Below are positions 45,881 through 59,763 of a DNA stretch of 64,000 nucleotides, in pieces (the stretch's first letter is position 1; every line of letters begins with the position of its first letter). The position numbers were made by a program, and so were the translations under genes. Location: NCBI RefSeq assembly GCF_009914755.1, contig NC_060931.1, one strand, 5' to 3'. The notes beneath the pieces were generated by a model, which saw nothing but the letters and a program-made list of their open reading frames with translations, was not told where the DNA came from and did not search any database. The DNA comes from the human T2T-CHM13v2.0 reference genome, Homo sapiens.

Positions 45881-45942
45881 AGTTACTCAAAGCATCTATG
45901 ATGGTCCAGGAGGCTTTTGAGGCAATCGGGCAGTGTCAGTCT

Positions 45943-47180
45943 TCAGCCGCTAAGCCAAAAAGATCTGGGAAGGAAGGAGTCAGTCAGAGAGCCTTGGGCC
46001 AGAGTTCCAGGGGCTCTGGGAGTGACTGCTGGGTGAGTTGGATGGTCCGATTTCCAGTGGGGTCCCACACAGATGGGACATGGCTTAGGAGGAATCCCAG
46101 GCTGTGGGCATTCCTTGGCCCAGTGGCCAGATTTCCAGCACTTGAAGCAAGATCCTGGGGGAGGAGGTCCTGAAGGAATGCCTGGCCACTGCAGTTCAGG
46201 TGTTTTGAAGTTCTTGTGTGCTGGAGATGTGGCTGGGGTTTGTCTCACAGTGGAGGCAAGTAATTGCAACTCTCCTCTATCACTGTACACCTTGAAGGTG
46301 AGGTTAATTAAGTCCTGTTATGGGGTTTGAGGGCTGGAGTCTAATTTTTGGAGCTTTCTGTAATGTCCAGAGCAGACTGGGTAATAAAATGTATATTGAG
46401 AATAAGACTGCCTTCTGGACCCTCTGGGTCTAGGGCAGTAAAGCGTCTAAGGGTTGTTGCCAAACAGGCTATGAACTGGGCAGGGTTTTTATATTTGATG
46501 AAAAAGAGCCTAAACACTAACTGATTTGGGAGAGGTCGGATTAAGAAAAAGGAGCATTAACTTTGACTGTGCCTTCAGCTCCAGCCACCTCTTTAAAAGG
46601 AAATTGTTGGGCAGGTGAGGGAGGGCTAGTCACTGAACGAAACTGTAAGCCGGACCGGGTGTGAGGAGGGGAGGTGATAAAAGGATTATAGGGTGGGGGA
46701 GTGGAGGCTGAGGAAGAATTGGGACCTGGCTCGGCCTGGTGAGGAGCAGCCTGGGGAGGAGGGGAGAGGTCAGATGGGTCTGTAGAAAAGGAGGATTCAA
46801 AGGACTGAGAGCTTGGGGTAGATACTGAAGGAATAGACAGGAGAGAAATAAGAAAGATTTGGGATGAGTCACACTGGGAGCAGAGACTAGAGAGGGACTG
46901 ATGTGTAAAACAATGCCTGGATATCAGGCACCTCAGACCATTTGCCCATTTTATGGCAAGCATTATCTAGGTCTTGTAGGATGGAGAAATCAAAAGTGCC
47001 ATTTTCTGGCTATTTGGAACCATTGTTGAGTTTGTATTGGGGTGAAGCAGTGTTGCAGAAGAAAGTAAGGCATTTAGGTTTTAGATCAGGTGTGACTTGA
47101 AGAGGTTTTAAGCTCTTGAGAACACAGGCTAAGGGAGAAGAAGGAGGAATGGAGGGTGGAAGTTTGCCCATAGTGAAGGA
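45943..47180 (-). pseudogene. gag: HERV-H gag remnants
   Basis: MGKLPPSIPPSSPLACVL (MA), PPPY late domain, CCHC knuckle CFKCWKSGHWAKEC. Confidence 0.88.
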
Positions 47181-47689
47181 GGCAAGCCCAAAGAAAAGAG
47201 AGGGTAGAGACACAGAATGGGGGGGTGGTACTTGCCCCCCAGGGGGTTGGTGCTTGCCATCAAGGTGAAGAGTCAAGGCAGTTGTCCCCGCAGTGATCAG
47301 ACACCTCTGAAATGTGAGTGAATAATCAGGCAGGTGTCCCCACAGTGATTAAACACCAAGGGAAGACTGTCTTCCCAAGTCCGTGACCAGTATCAGAGTT
47401 TTGGGTTCATGGATAAAACATATCTCCTCTGTCTCTACCAGCAAAGGAAAGGAACTGAAATTAAGAGAAGAGAGAAATTGAAGGGTGGCAGCAAAATTGA
47501 AAGGATAAAGAGGTTGAGGGATAGTGAGAGAGGTTGAGAAGAGAGTAAAAAGAGGCCACTTAACTAATTTAAAATTGGTGAAATGTTCCTTGGGCTGATT
47601 GGTGTGAGGACCCAAGGTTGTAGGTGAATCTTTCTCATGGAGCAAAGAGGAGGAGGACAGCGGATTAATCTCACAAGGGAGGTTCCCCC

Positions 47690-47707
47690 ATCCGAGTCAC
47701 AGCACCA
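47690..47707 (-). other. tRNA-His primer binding site
   Basis: Minus strand TGGTGCTGTGACTCGGAT adjacent to the 5' LTR. Confidence 0.9.
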
Positions 47708-47709
47708 AA

Positions 47710-48079
47710 TATCATGTATGTCTGTGTGAAGAGACCACCAACAGGCTTTGTGTGAGCAATAAAGCTTTTTAATCACCTGGGTGCAGGTGGGCTGAGTCCC
47801 AAAAGAGTCAGTGAAGGCAGATAAGGGTGGGGCAGTTTTACAGGATTTGTGTATGTAGTGGAAAATACAGTCAAAGGGGTGGTTCTCTGGCAGGCAGGGG
47901 TGGGGGTCACAAGGTGCTTGGTGGGGAGCTTCTGAGATTCATTGTCCAGGAGAAGGAATTTCACAAGAAAATGTGATCAGTTAATGCAGGAACTGGCCAT
48001 TTTCACTTCTTTTGTGATTCTTCAGTTGCTTCAGGCCATCTGGATGTATACGTGCAGGCTTGGGCTCAGAGGCCTGACA
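47710..48079 (-). promoter_or_regulatory. LTR7-family 5' LTR (short form without U3 repeats, LTR7C-like)
   Basis: Minus strand TGTCAGGCCTCTGAGCCCAAGC...CACAGACATACATGATA; 370 bp. Confidence 0.9.
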
Positions 48080-48091
48080 ATGATGATAATA

Positions 48092-48387
48092 ATTATTATT
48101 TTTGAGATGGTGTCTTGCTCTGTTGCCCAGGCTGGAGTGCAGTGGTGCAGTCTTGGCTGACTAAAACCTCCACCCTCCTGGCTTCAAGTGATTCTCCTGT
48201 CTCAGCCTCCTGAGTAGCTGGGATTACAGGCACACACCACCACACCCAGCTAATTTTTGTATTTTTAGTAGAGACGGGGTTTCACCATGTTGGCCAAGCT
48301 GGTCTTGAACTCCTGACCTCAGGTGATCAGCCCACCTCGGCCTCCCAAAATGGTGGGATTACAGGTGTGAGCCATGGCACCCGGGCC
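48092..48387 (-). mobile_element. Alu (AluS-like)
   Basis: Full dimer immediately beyond the HERV-H 5' LTR. Confidence 0.93.
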
Positions 48388-48923
48388 CTTGATTATATAA
48401 TGTCTTGTGTGAAAATGGTGAATCTAATGTGTCCAATTAAATAACAAGAGGAACAAAGAACTCTGCCATAAACTGGTCTATAAATGTCATATACAGCAAC
48501 ATTTTATAGCTAGCATGACTTTTTCTGTTAATATAAACCCCAGTAAATCAAAAACATATAAGAATTAATTTATTTTCCACTAAAAAAAGAAAAAAATACT
48601 AGACAGGATGATGTAAATGATGTAAAACAGATGCTTTTGGTTCTGTAGGAGGATGTTTTTGTCCCTATAACATATAAGGGAGTGTAGTTGATGAAGAAAA
48701 AAAATGAATTCTAATAAAAAAAGTTTTTTTAAATAATGAAGTACAGTCATTAATAATGAACTAAACGGGTGTCTCATGACATAAAACCTATGGCCCATGG
48801 ATTAATCAGAAAAAACAAAGTTTTTATTCCTAGTGCTGGAGTCGATGAATGGCCATGTGGGCTAGCACATGGATTGCAGTCCTCCAGGTTAACTCTGCAG
48901 CAGAGAGCTCTTGGGCTGCTGGT

Positions 48924-49066
48924 TTCTTTTCTTTTCTTTTCTTTTTTCTTTTCTTTCCTTTCCTTTTCTCTTTTCTTTCTTTTCTTTTCTTCCTTTCTCT
49001 CCCTTCTTTCCTTCCCTCCCTCCTTCCTTTCTTTCCTTCCTTCCTTCCTTCCTTCCTTCCTTTTTT
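48924..49066. repeat. TTTC/TTCC compound microsatellite
   Basis: Pyrimidine-only run. Confidence 0.9.
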
Positions 49067-50836
49067 GACAAAAGGCCTTTTATTCTATGACACAGTGTCC
49101 AAATGTCAACTTACTAGTTTTTTCTTCGTTTATTAGATACAAACATTGCATTACTTTTGTTCAAACAGCATTTTTTGTATTAAAAAAATCTTCTGCAGAA
49201 ATGAAATATAAGAAAAAATAGGAGAGTGACTCGCAGTGCAGGTGAAATCATCCTGCCTTGTGAGCTCAGCCTCCCCTTTCCCCAGGCAGCCCTGGAAGCG
49301 CTCCACAGTGCCTCAGGGCTGTGAGCAGGGCAGCACCAGAGCCACTGTCCTGCAGAGTGGTCCTTACATTATGGATGACAGTCTGTTGGGACGATCGCTG
49401 GTTAAGTATGTAACAGCACCTGAGACAGTTAAAAATACGAATCTGCAGTGAGACCAACTTGAAGGTTATTAACATTGCCTTTATTAAATTATTTCTGGAG
49501 ATCAGTTTGCACTTTGGTGACCAAAAGATCACTCAATCCTTCTACCCTCAGATATGCAGGGCTAAGCAACATTAGCTAGCTGCCCACTTATGCTTATTCA
49601 AGATGAATGGTCTAATGAGAGGGTCTTGTTGATTATTTAGTTACAACTGCAATATTGCATACCATTTTCTTTTGATTTTAACTTGTTTCTTAGATATTAA
49701 AATTAAATAAATATTTAAAAGTACAATATTGCAGTTGAGGTCAATTGTGCTTATGGTGTCAGTGGAAGTGTGGATAGCAGTGGTTACATACTGGGTGCTT
49801 TCTTACATTAGCAAATATGGGTCATTCCTCATGGGACCTCCAGCTCTAGGTTTTGCCATACGTGTTTATTCTCTCAACCAGAGGTAGAGATTGTCCAAAT
49901 TTGAATTTCAACCAGGGTCATCCTGGGATGAACAAATGTCTGAGCACTTCTGGAGGAGGTGCAAGCTCGCAAGGGTCTGTCTGCATGCACAAAGACTTAT
50001 TTTTAAAGACCCTTCTGAAGGGAACTAAAAGTCAGGCAAGTGCATTTGACCTATAAAATCAAAGGGAAAGGCTGCTCTCAGGCCAGCACTGTCTCAGCAG
50101 ATGGACCTCCTGCCAAGACCCTTGTGAACATTTACCTGGGTTTGAGGGAAAGAGGCTTTGAGAGAAATTTCAGGTCACTTTTCACAAAAATCATTGTGAG
50201 ATGTTATATTACAAGAAGGCATTGTGTGAAGGCCAGTGGAAAACAATTGACATTAAAGTCAGAGAATGGACTCTCCTCCACTTCTCCAGCAAATCCTCAA
50301 TAGTTTTGCTGCATCGATGTCCTGTGGACATTAGTAGCTTGGCACACTATAGTCAATTTTGAGAACAGCAACGTACCAGTACCCCATGGCAGTGTACACA
50401 GTAAGAGCTTCAGCAGGCACTTTGGTGAGGCAGCTGCATTGTGGGGGACAGTGCTCTTCAGGGGGACATGGGCAAGAAACAGCCAGGCTGGCCAAAAAAG
50501 AGATGCCCTTTACGTTGTGTGTTCACCTCACATGCTGGCACATGCTACAGTTTCCTGACAATAGTGTGTGGGACAGGAATGGCTTACTTAGGGTTGTGGT
50601 CGTCCCACAAAACAATCAAGGGACATGTTGTCCACGCCATCAGAGTTTCCCTGCTATTGCCCAGGCAGGCACAGCATGGGGAACTGTGGCACATGCACGT
50701 CCACAATATTTACACATCTGCCCAGACACGTTCCTCACCTCATGCTGCTGGTCCTGCCAGGCCCCGCTACTCCTCAGTGCACTCTCTCCGGCACACAAGC
50801 ATAGGACTTGTCCCATAGGACCCATTACCCAAAATG

Positions 50837-51132
50837 TTTTTTTGTTTTGTTTTGAGACGGAGTCTCACCCTGTCACCCAGGATGGAGTGCGATGGTGTGA
50901 ATCTTTCCTCACTGCAACCTCCGCCTCCTAGGTTCAAGTGATTCTCCTGCCTCTGCCTCAGCCTCCCGAGTAGCAGGTGTGCACCTCCACGCCCAGATAA
51001 TTTTTGTATTTTTAGTAGAGATGGGGTTTCACCATGTTGGCCAGGCTGGGCTCGAACTCCTGACCGCGCGATCTACCCGCCTCAGCCTCTCAAAGTGCTG
51101 GGATCACAGGCATGAGCCACCATGCCCAGCCC
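50837..51132 (-). mobile_element. Alu (AluS-like) with small internal deletion
   Basis: Dimer lacking the GGGATTACA segment near 50975. Confidence 0.9.
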
Positions 51133-51209
51133 TAAAATGTTTTTATAATTTAACATGGAATGAAGCCTACTGCTTCAGGATTAATCTTATTTAGCATGTC
51201 TTCTTCTCT

Positions 51210-51526
51210 TTGTTTTTTGTTTGCTTGTTTGTTTGTGTTTTTGTTTGACCATGTCTCACTCTGTTGCCCAGGCTACAGTGCAGTTGTGCAATCATAGCTC
51301 ACTGCAACCTCCTTCCCCTAGGTTCGAAGCATTCTCCTACCTCAGCCTCCCAAGTAGCTGGGACTACAAGTGCCCACCACCACACCTGCCAAATTTTTGT
51401 ATTTTTAGTAAAGATGGTATTTCGCCATGTTGGCCAGGCTGGTCTCGAACTCCTGCCCTCAGGTGATCCACCCACCTTGGCCTCCCAAAGTTTTGGGATT
51501 ACAGGTGTGAGCCACCGTGCCCGGCC
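51210..51526 (-). mobile_element. Alu with (TTTG)n tail
   Basis: Full dimer ending GTGCCCGGCC. Confidence 0.93.
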
Positions 51527-51709
51527 TAAGTTTGTTTTTGAAAAATTAAACTCTCAACACTGTGGGGCAGGTCATAAGAAAACTGATGCCCAGAGAGCTG
51601 AAGATGGGATCCTGCCACAGTCCTCCATCCTCAGGGCATCACATCACCCTTGCTAATAACATGATGCTGAGGACTTACCCACTGCAAGTTCTCACTGAAA
51701 ATAAGTTAC

Positions 51710-52130
51710 TTTATTATTATTATCTTATACTGTGGTAAAATCCATATACAATTTATCAACCATATTAAGTGCACAATTCAGTGATATTATGTCCATAATA
51801 CTGTGCAACCATCACCACCCCCATCTTCCTAACTCCTTTCATCTTGTAAAACCAAAACTCTGTGCTCCTGAAGCAGCCGTTCCTCATTACCCCCTCCCCA
51901 GCCACTGGCAACCGCATTCCACTTTGTATTTCTATGAGGGTGACTACTCCAGGTACCTTATGTAAGTGGAATCATACAGTATTTGCCCTTTGGTGACTGG
52001 CTTGTTTCACTTGGCCTGATGTTCTCAAGGTTAATCCATGCTGTAATGTATGTCAGAACTTCCTTTCTTTTGAATGCTGAACGATAATTCTATCCTATGT
52101 TTCTACCATATTTTGTGTATCTATTCATCT
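51710..52130 (-). mobile_element. L1MB-like 3' end
   Basis: TGTGCAACCATCACCACC...GGTACCTTATGTAAGTGGAATCATACAGTATTTG. Confidence 0.85.
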
Positions 52131-52149
52131 AACATCTCTTCTAACACAT

Positions 52150-52930
52150 AATTTCCTTCCTCAGAAACCTTCAATTTTTTTAAACAGAATACAATCCAAG
52201 ATCTTGGGATAATTTTCAAACTCTCAATGTCTTGTCAAGCTTATCTCCTAATGTCACTTGCCATATCTTCTGTTCTAGCCAAATTTATTTCTGCAGTGTT
52301 TAAATATACTGTTATATCCATGTTTTTGGTCAAACCAAAGTCCCATTCTATAAGGCTCTCCTCTGTTTCCTTACCTGGTTTATATTAGTCACTGGAGACT
52401 CTGCTCTGCTCAAAGTCCACCCCCTCCACCAAAATACCTCTGTCCACCCAAATCTAAGGTGAGATATCCTTCCTTTAATGTCTTATGCCAAGTCATTTTG
52501 TTGGTCAATGTGTGTGGCTGTCAGTGTATGGAGACATCAGTGTTATCAATCCACTTTGTATTGTTACTGGAATTTCTCTTTGTCATCTCGGTCTATGATC
52601 ATCTTTGCAGTTCAACTCCATGCCATGCGTGGACTCTTCTCTTGCCTGGATTTCCCTTTTCTTATTTCTCAGTTGGGCCAGATCTGCACCCATAATTTCT
52701 TCCCTAAAATATTTTGTCCTGTTGCCTCTTTTCCTCCAGTAAAACCAATCAACTCCTCTTTGTGTTTCCAAAACACTGAGAACAAATCTCTCCCTTGACA
52801 CCTGGGCACTGTGTTGGCCACGCCGCATGTCTGCCCCAGCTCTTAGACTATGAACATTTTAAGGGCAGGCATTATGCCTGGCCCCTTCTTCATCCAGAGA
52901 ATCCTGCTATGTCTGGCACATATTTGCAGT
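52150..52930 (+). mobile_element. L2 fragments
   Basis: CAGAATACAATCCAAGATCTT and TAGACTATGAACATTTTAAGGGCAGG...TGTCTGGCACATA. Confidence 0.5.
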
Positions 52931-53044
52931 TCTTGTTTCCTCCACACAATGGAAAAGAAAAAATATGTTCCTTGATTCCAGATAGGAGAAAACACATTTT
53001 GAAGGTAAAATATTATCAGTGTCATTGTGATGACTTTCATGATG

Positions 53045-53545
53045 AATGTTAGGAGATGCTTATGTGTCAAGAAGTGTGATAAATACTAAAAAGGTTACAC
53101 AGATGAGTCACATGTGGCTTTTTTTTTAAAGAGCTTAAGATGTAATGAATAAAGAATTTATAATATTAGAGGTCAGAATGGATGATGTGCCTGTAATTAT
53201 GTACAGCAGGGCATCATGACAAAGAGAATGGACAGCAGGAATGCATTCATTTATTTATGTTGTGGAGAGTAGTGCAGGGGAGCCTTTGATTAAGAGGCTA
53301 ACAGTTGACTTCCAACATTTCAGATGATTAGAATTCTGAGAGTGATGGAGAAGGCAGAAAACACAGGACAAGCAAAGACGTGGAGACTGGAAACTGCGGT
53401 GAATGTTAGGTAGGAAAACAACAGAATGTATGCATAGGGACAGAGTATGATGGCTCTGGGACTCGGCTGACAAACCTAGGCTTCTACCTACTGATGGAAC
53501 ATTGCAACCAAGTTTTAAAGAGGAGGGTGACAGGACAGAGAAATG
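53045..53545 (-). mobile_element. L2 fragment
   Basis: GATGCTTATGTGTCAAG...GTTTTAAAGAGGAGGGTGACAGG, L2 3'-end antisense pattern. Confidence 0.45.
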
Positions 53546-55760
53546 ACCTGCTCTGCAGGTAAATTTTCACCTGTCGGTTCTCATCAACTTTTCATCTGTC
53601 TACGCCAGAGAATTGGGGGCTAACTCGAGCACCTCAGAGGATGCGTAGAGGCAGCAATCATGTAACAGAAAAGTGCAGTGCTCCTGAGAGTTGCTTTGTA
53701 TTCCACCAGTAATTCTGTGGCATTCAAAATGAAAGAGACAACAATACTTGTTCTCCTGACTCTCTTGGGATCTCTCCAGGTGTCCACATTGAATGCCTAC
53801 TGCCAGAGAGAGGAACAGAGCAGTAGGTAACTGACAAAGAATGAGAACGGCAGCAGCAGCCCTGATGCAGGAGGCTAGGGTCGGAAAGGGCTGCCAGTGT
53901 CTGTAAACTACGTGGAGTGAGGCTAGTGCTGCTCTTTGGTTGAAACTCTCTGCCTTTAGTTGTCTACATTCCTAGGGCTTACCTGTTCAGCTCTGTCTGA
54001 ACTGTTTTCTCCTACTTAGGCAGTTTATCTGGTCCTTCAATTCCAGGCTTTATTTCAAATCCAGCTTTCCTCCTCATAATCAATGACTGTATTTCATATG
54101 TCTTAATCACTTTTCTACCCTGGGAAATGGTGACTAATGAAACAACTTATAAGCTCCTTTAGTGTCAGTTAATAGGAATTACTGAGAATATATTGAAGCA
54201 AAGAAGCAGGGATATAAATGAACTTCACCTTCTGTCAGAAAAGGGCATTAGACATCATAGAAACTTTTATTTATAAGACAATCATGATTGTCATACTGGG
54301 GTAATTGCTTTGAATGTCTTCTAGTTTTTAACTTGTGATGTTCTCCTGCGTATTCATTTTGATGCACTCCAACTATTTCTCATATAAAATGTTAAGATAA
54401 AAATAGACCAACAAGAAGGAGAGCTCAAACTGATTCAATTTCATGATTGCATCTTCAACTTCTAGCTAAACAATCAAGAGTGTATTACTCAAAGTCCTAC
54501 GTAGTCCACACACCAAAGGCTGAATAACTCATTGAGTATCAATCAGCAATTTTTAAACCAGAATTCATTTCCATTTGCAACACTTGTTTTTTCCCAGTAT
54601 ATAATAATCACAATAACAACAATAAAGCTTCTCATAGATGAAAAATGAAGGAAGGAAGGAAGGAAATAAAATAAAAGATAAGAACAGAAGGGGGGAAAGA
54701 AGAAAGGGAAAGGAAAGGAAATAGCCACTCTGCTCCTCTGAATAGGAAAATATTTTATGTTAGCTACAGGACCACCAAGAGTTAGGAATAAGAATTTAAT
54801 TCAGAACATCTTTTGTGGGTGATCTGACAGATATTTGAGATATATATAATAAGCATTCTTCTGAGATGTTGATGAAACTTCTTTCATAGAAAATTTATTA
54901 TTAACCTAAAGTGTCTCTGAACAGAGGACACTGAGATAGAGTACTGAATGGAAATTCTTTCATTAAAGACAAAATGGACCCACGACAAGAATAAAACAAA
55001 GGGTACATAGTCATAGAATTTCAGAATAACATAAACCATGACAAACACATTATGTATGTTTCCCATGCATTGAATTTCTTCTACCTATAGATGTGAGGAT
55101 TGATCTTTTTGTATCTGTGTTTCTGAGAGAGAAGTTGATTTGGGTGTTTCTGATGTCAAAAGTCCAATGTGGCCTTCTCTGTTTTGGATCGTTGTTCACA
55201 GTCCCATTGTTACACTCATCTCTTGCCTATAGTTGTCCTGCAGTTTAGTTCGAAAGCTGTGATCTTCACGCTCTGACCTTCTCTCCATACTCTGCCCCAT
55301 GCAGCAGGCCGTGCTGCCTCCTCTAGGCTGATGAGATTAAGTAGCCACAGTGCTGTGCATGGTGGGGTCAGCTCAGTGCTCAAGAGAGTCAACAAGACAT
55401 CTCTCTTCTTACCAGAGTTTCAGCTACCAATTAACCCTCATAAGTGTCAGCAGGGCTATTCTAAGGTCCTGGTGGCTGGTGTCTTTAACTGTTTCATCCT
55501 AACGAAGTCTGCGGTGCCAAAAGCAACCATTTCTGCTACATTACCTACTTCACCTCCCCTTGTCTGTTTGTTTATCACAGTTCCTCCAAAAGCAGCAAAG
55601 AGTAAATGATTTTGAATGACTTTCGTAAGGTTTAATTTTTGTAGGGACAGCAAGGCTTTAACTCTCATTTCATATGTTAATTTGATGGGTGCTATGGGAT
55701 CTTAAATTGCATGTCTGTTGAACTTACAATAATCAACAGGAGTAATGCTTACTCTATAAC

Positions 55761-57060
<1,300 letters not shown>

Positions 57061-58752
57061 TATCTTATTATTTTGTTTACTATGTAATGTTTAAGATGTA
57101 TTATAACCAGGGCTATATCTTCCCCCTAAAATCTATGAAAAAACCATCTGTGGCAGCAGTTTGGGAGGGATATTTTAGAAGATGGGGAGAGGAAGAATCT
57201 TGGCAAGGTAGAAACCCACATCTATAGTCCAGGGGTCTTGCCAGAGTCCCAGTTTGTCACAAATTGCCTAACATCTTTTGATGGATGGTTCCTTAAATGC
57301 AGCATATCCACAGCAAATTCATCATGATCACCATCCTCTTAGATACCTGGATCAGAAACCAGAAAGTCAAGGAGACCTGCTTTCTCTCTCTCACAACCAA
57401 CGCTTTTCCATTTCCTCAGTGTCTCTATTAATCACTCGTTAGTTGGATTATCAACACATTTCCAATACAAAAGATTGAAACTTAGAGATGAGGATGGTAA
57501 AATAAAACTGCAACAGTATTACTGTTAATATTATATAAAATCTTATTAATCAAGGTAATATAAAATGCCCCTAAAATAAAGAACAGGAGTTAAAAATGAA
57601 ATCTCAAAGTATCTCTTGGCAAGACAAATATCTAAATGAAAATAACACAGGAAAACAGGGCAAGGTGGTGATCCTTTTCCTCAAACAATTATGAGCCAAT
57701 TCTAAGACAGATGCTGAAGTTAGAGCATCCTGGCCACTAAGCAACAAAATGGGAGCCTGCTATAGAGTGACAATTAATGCTTGTTGGATGGTTGGAAATA
57801 TGAATGAATGAGTGATTACATCAATTCAATTTCTGAAGTCCTGAGTGCCTGGGTGTCACAAGAAAGAAGAGACAAGAGGCAAAATGCAAAACCCAGGGGC
57901 TGTGCTCCTCCATCTCTAGAAATTGAATGGTGGGGACCTGTTTCACTGTGTGTCCTCTGTAGTCCCTTCCCATCCAATCTGGTGTGACTCAGTTTAGAGA
58001 AGGAAGGGCAGCTCATCTATGACTCAACCTTGGAGCCTCTTTGGGAAAGTCTACTGCGAATGTGCGGGGAGTCTGTTCTAGGAATTTTCCAATGCACCAG
58101 AACTGCCTCTGGCTCCTACTGAACATGGTAGAATTAAATTAGGTTTTAGACAATCTGATTACTTGATTAAATTATTCATAGGAAGGTGATAATTTCAAAA
58201 GATGAGCTTGTCAAAAGATATGACTTAATTGGAAGAGTATATTTGGAGATATTTTTGAAATGCATGGTTATTTATATAAACTCTGAATACAGAAAACCTC
58301 ATCCTGTGTCTTTCAGGCTCCCCGTTGGGAGTACCATGCAAAGGTAATGGCAAGGAGGTCCTAATATTGTAATAGAATCTCATTTTTTAATTCTTGCTAA
58401 AGACAATTATAAAAAAATTTTATTTCCCAGTGGTTGTTATGAGTTGGCAAAGGCAGAATAAAAGATTTGATAGACACAACCATGAAGATAGGCTGAGTAG
58501 GTAATAATCATGATTTATTGAAGGTCAAATTTTTTGAGAAGGTCATGGAAAAGGACAGCAACATATTTAACTGGAGCAAAGAACTGAGGTGGCCAGTAGG
58601 TCTGGTGCTACTGCCAGGAAAGAGAGAACTCAGGAGAGATGAGATGGCTGCTGAGTGGGCTTCTCTAGGCCAGAGCACCTGCCTCTGGGGCACCAAGAAC
58701 AGACAGTTATAAATGAAAATGTGTTTATATTTGTTTTTTGCACAAAGATGCA

Positions 58753-58792
58753 TACACACACACACACAGAAAAATCACACCAGCACACACAC
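58753..58792. repeat. Interrupted (CA)n microsatellite
   Basis: ACACACACACACACAC...CACACACAC. Confidence 0.75.
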
Positions 58793-59288
58793 AGAGATTG
58801 GTGTCAACTCTGTAGGCCAGAAAGCATTCCCTGCACACACATAAAAATAAAATACAGCCATTTTAATTTCACTGGGTTTTCAAGATCATTTTATATTGCT
58901 TGAGCATATTAATACCTGTAATGTACAGGACCCCAGGGAATTGGGCTGTATTTCCCAAAGGGGAATTGCATTCACTTTTTTACTATGATAAGTATCCCTA
59001 CAAATATTTCAGGAGAAAATAGCACCTGAAAATTTATTGTCAGAGCCCAGGCTTTTTCTTCCAAACCCTTGGAAACTTAACAAAAAAATTCTTTCTTTAA
59101 ATGAGAAAGAGAAAAGTAAATTATTCTTCCATGTAAACCAGTGGGAAGTTGCCAGATCCTTTATTATCTTGAAAAGAATCATGAAATCAACAATTAAAAA
59201 GTTAATTTAGAACATTTCCAACATACAGAACTTAAGCAGAGAGAGTAATATTTTTTATACATGGCTAATAATAAATACTGAAATATCA

Positions 59289-59763
<475 letters not shown>

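Noticed and set aside
50359-50931. 190-aa ORF in mostly unique sequence
   Set aside because: Non-ATG start, no recognisable domain, runs into an Alu; consistent with chance
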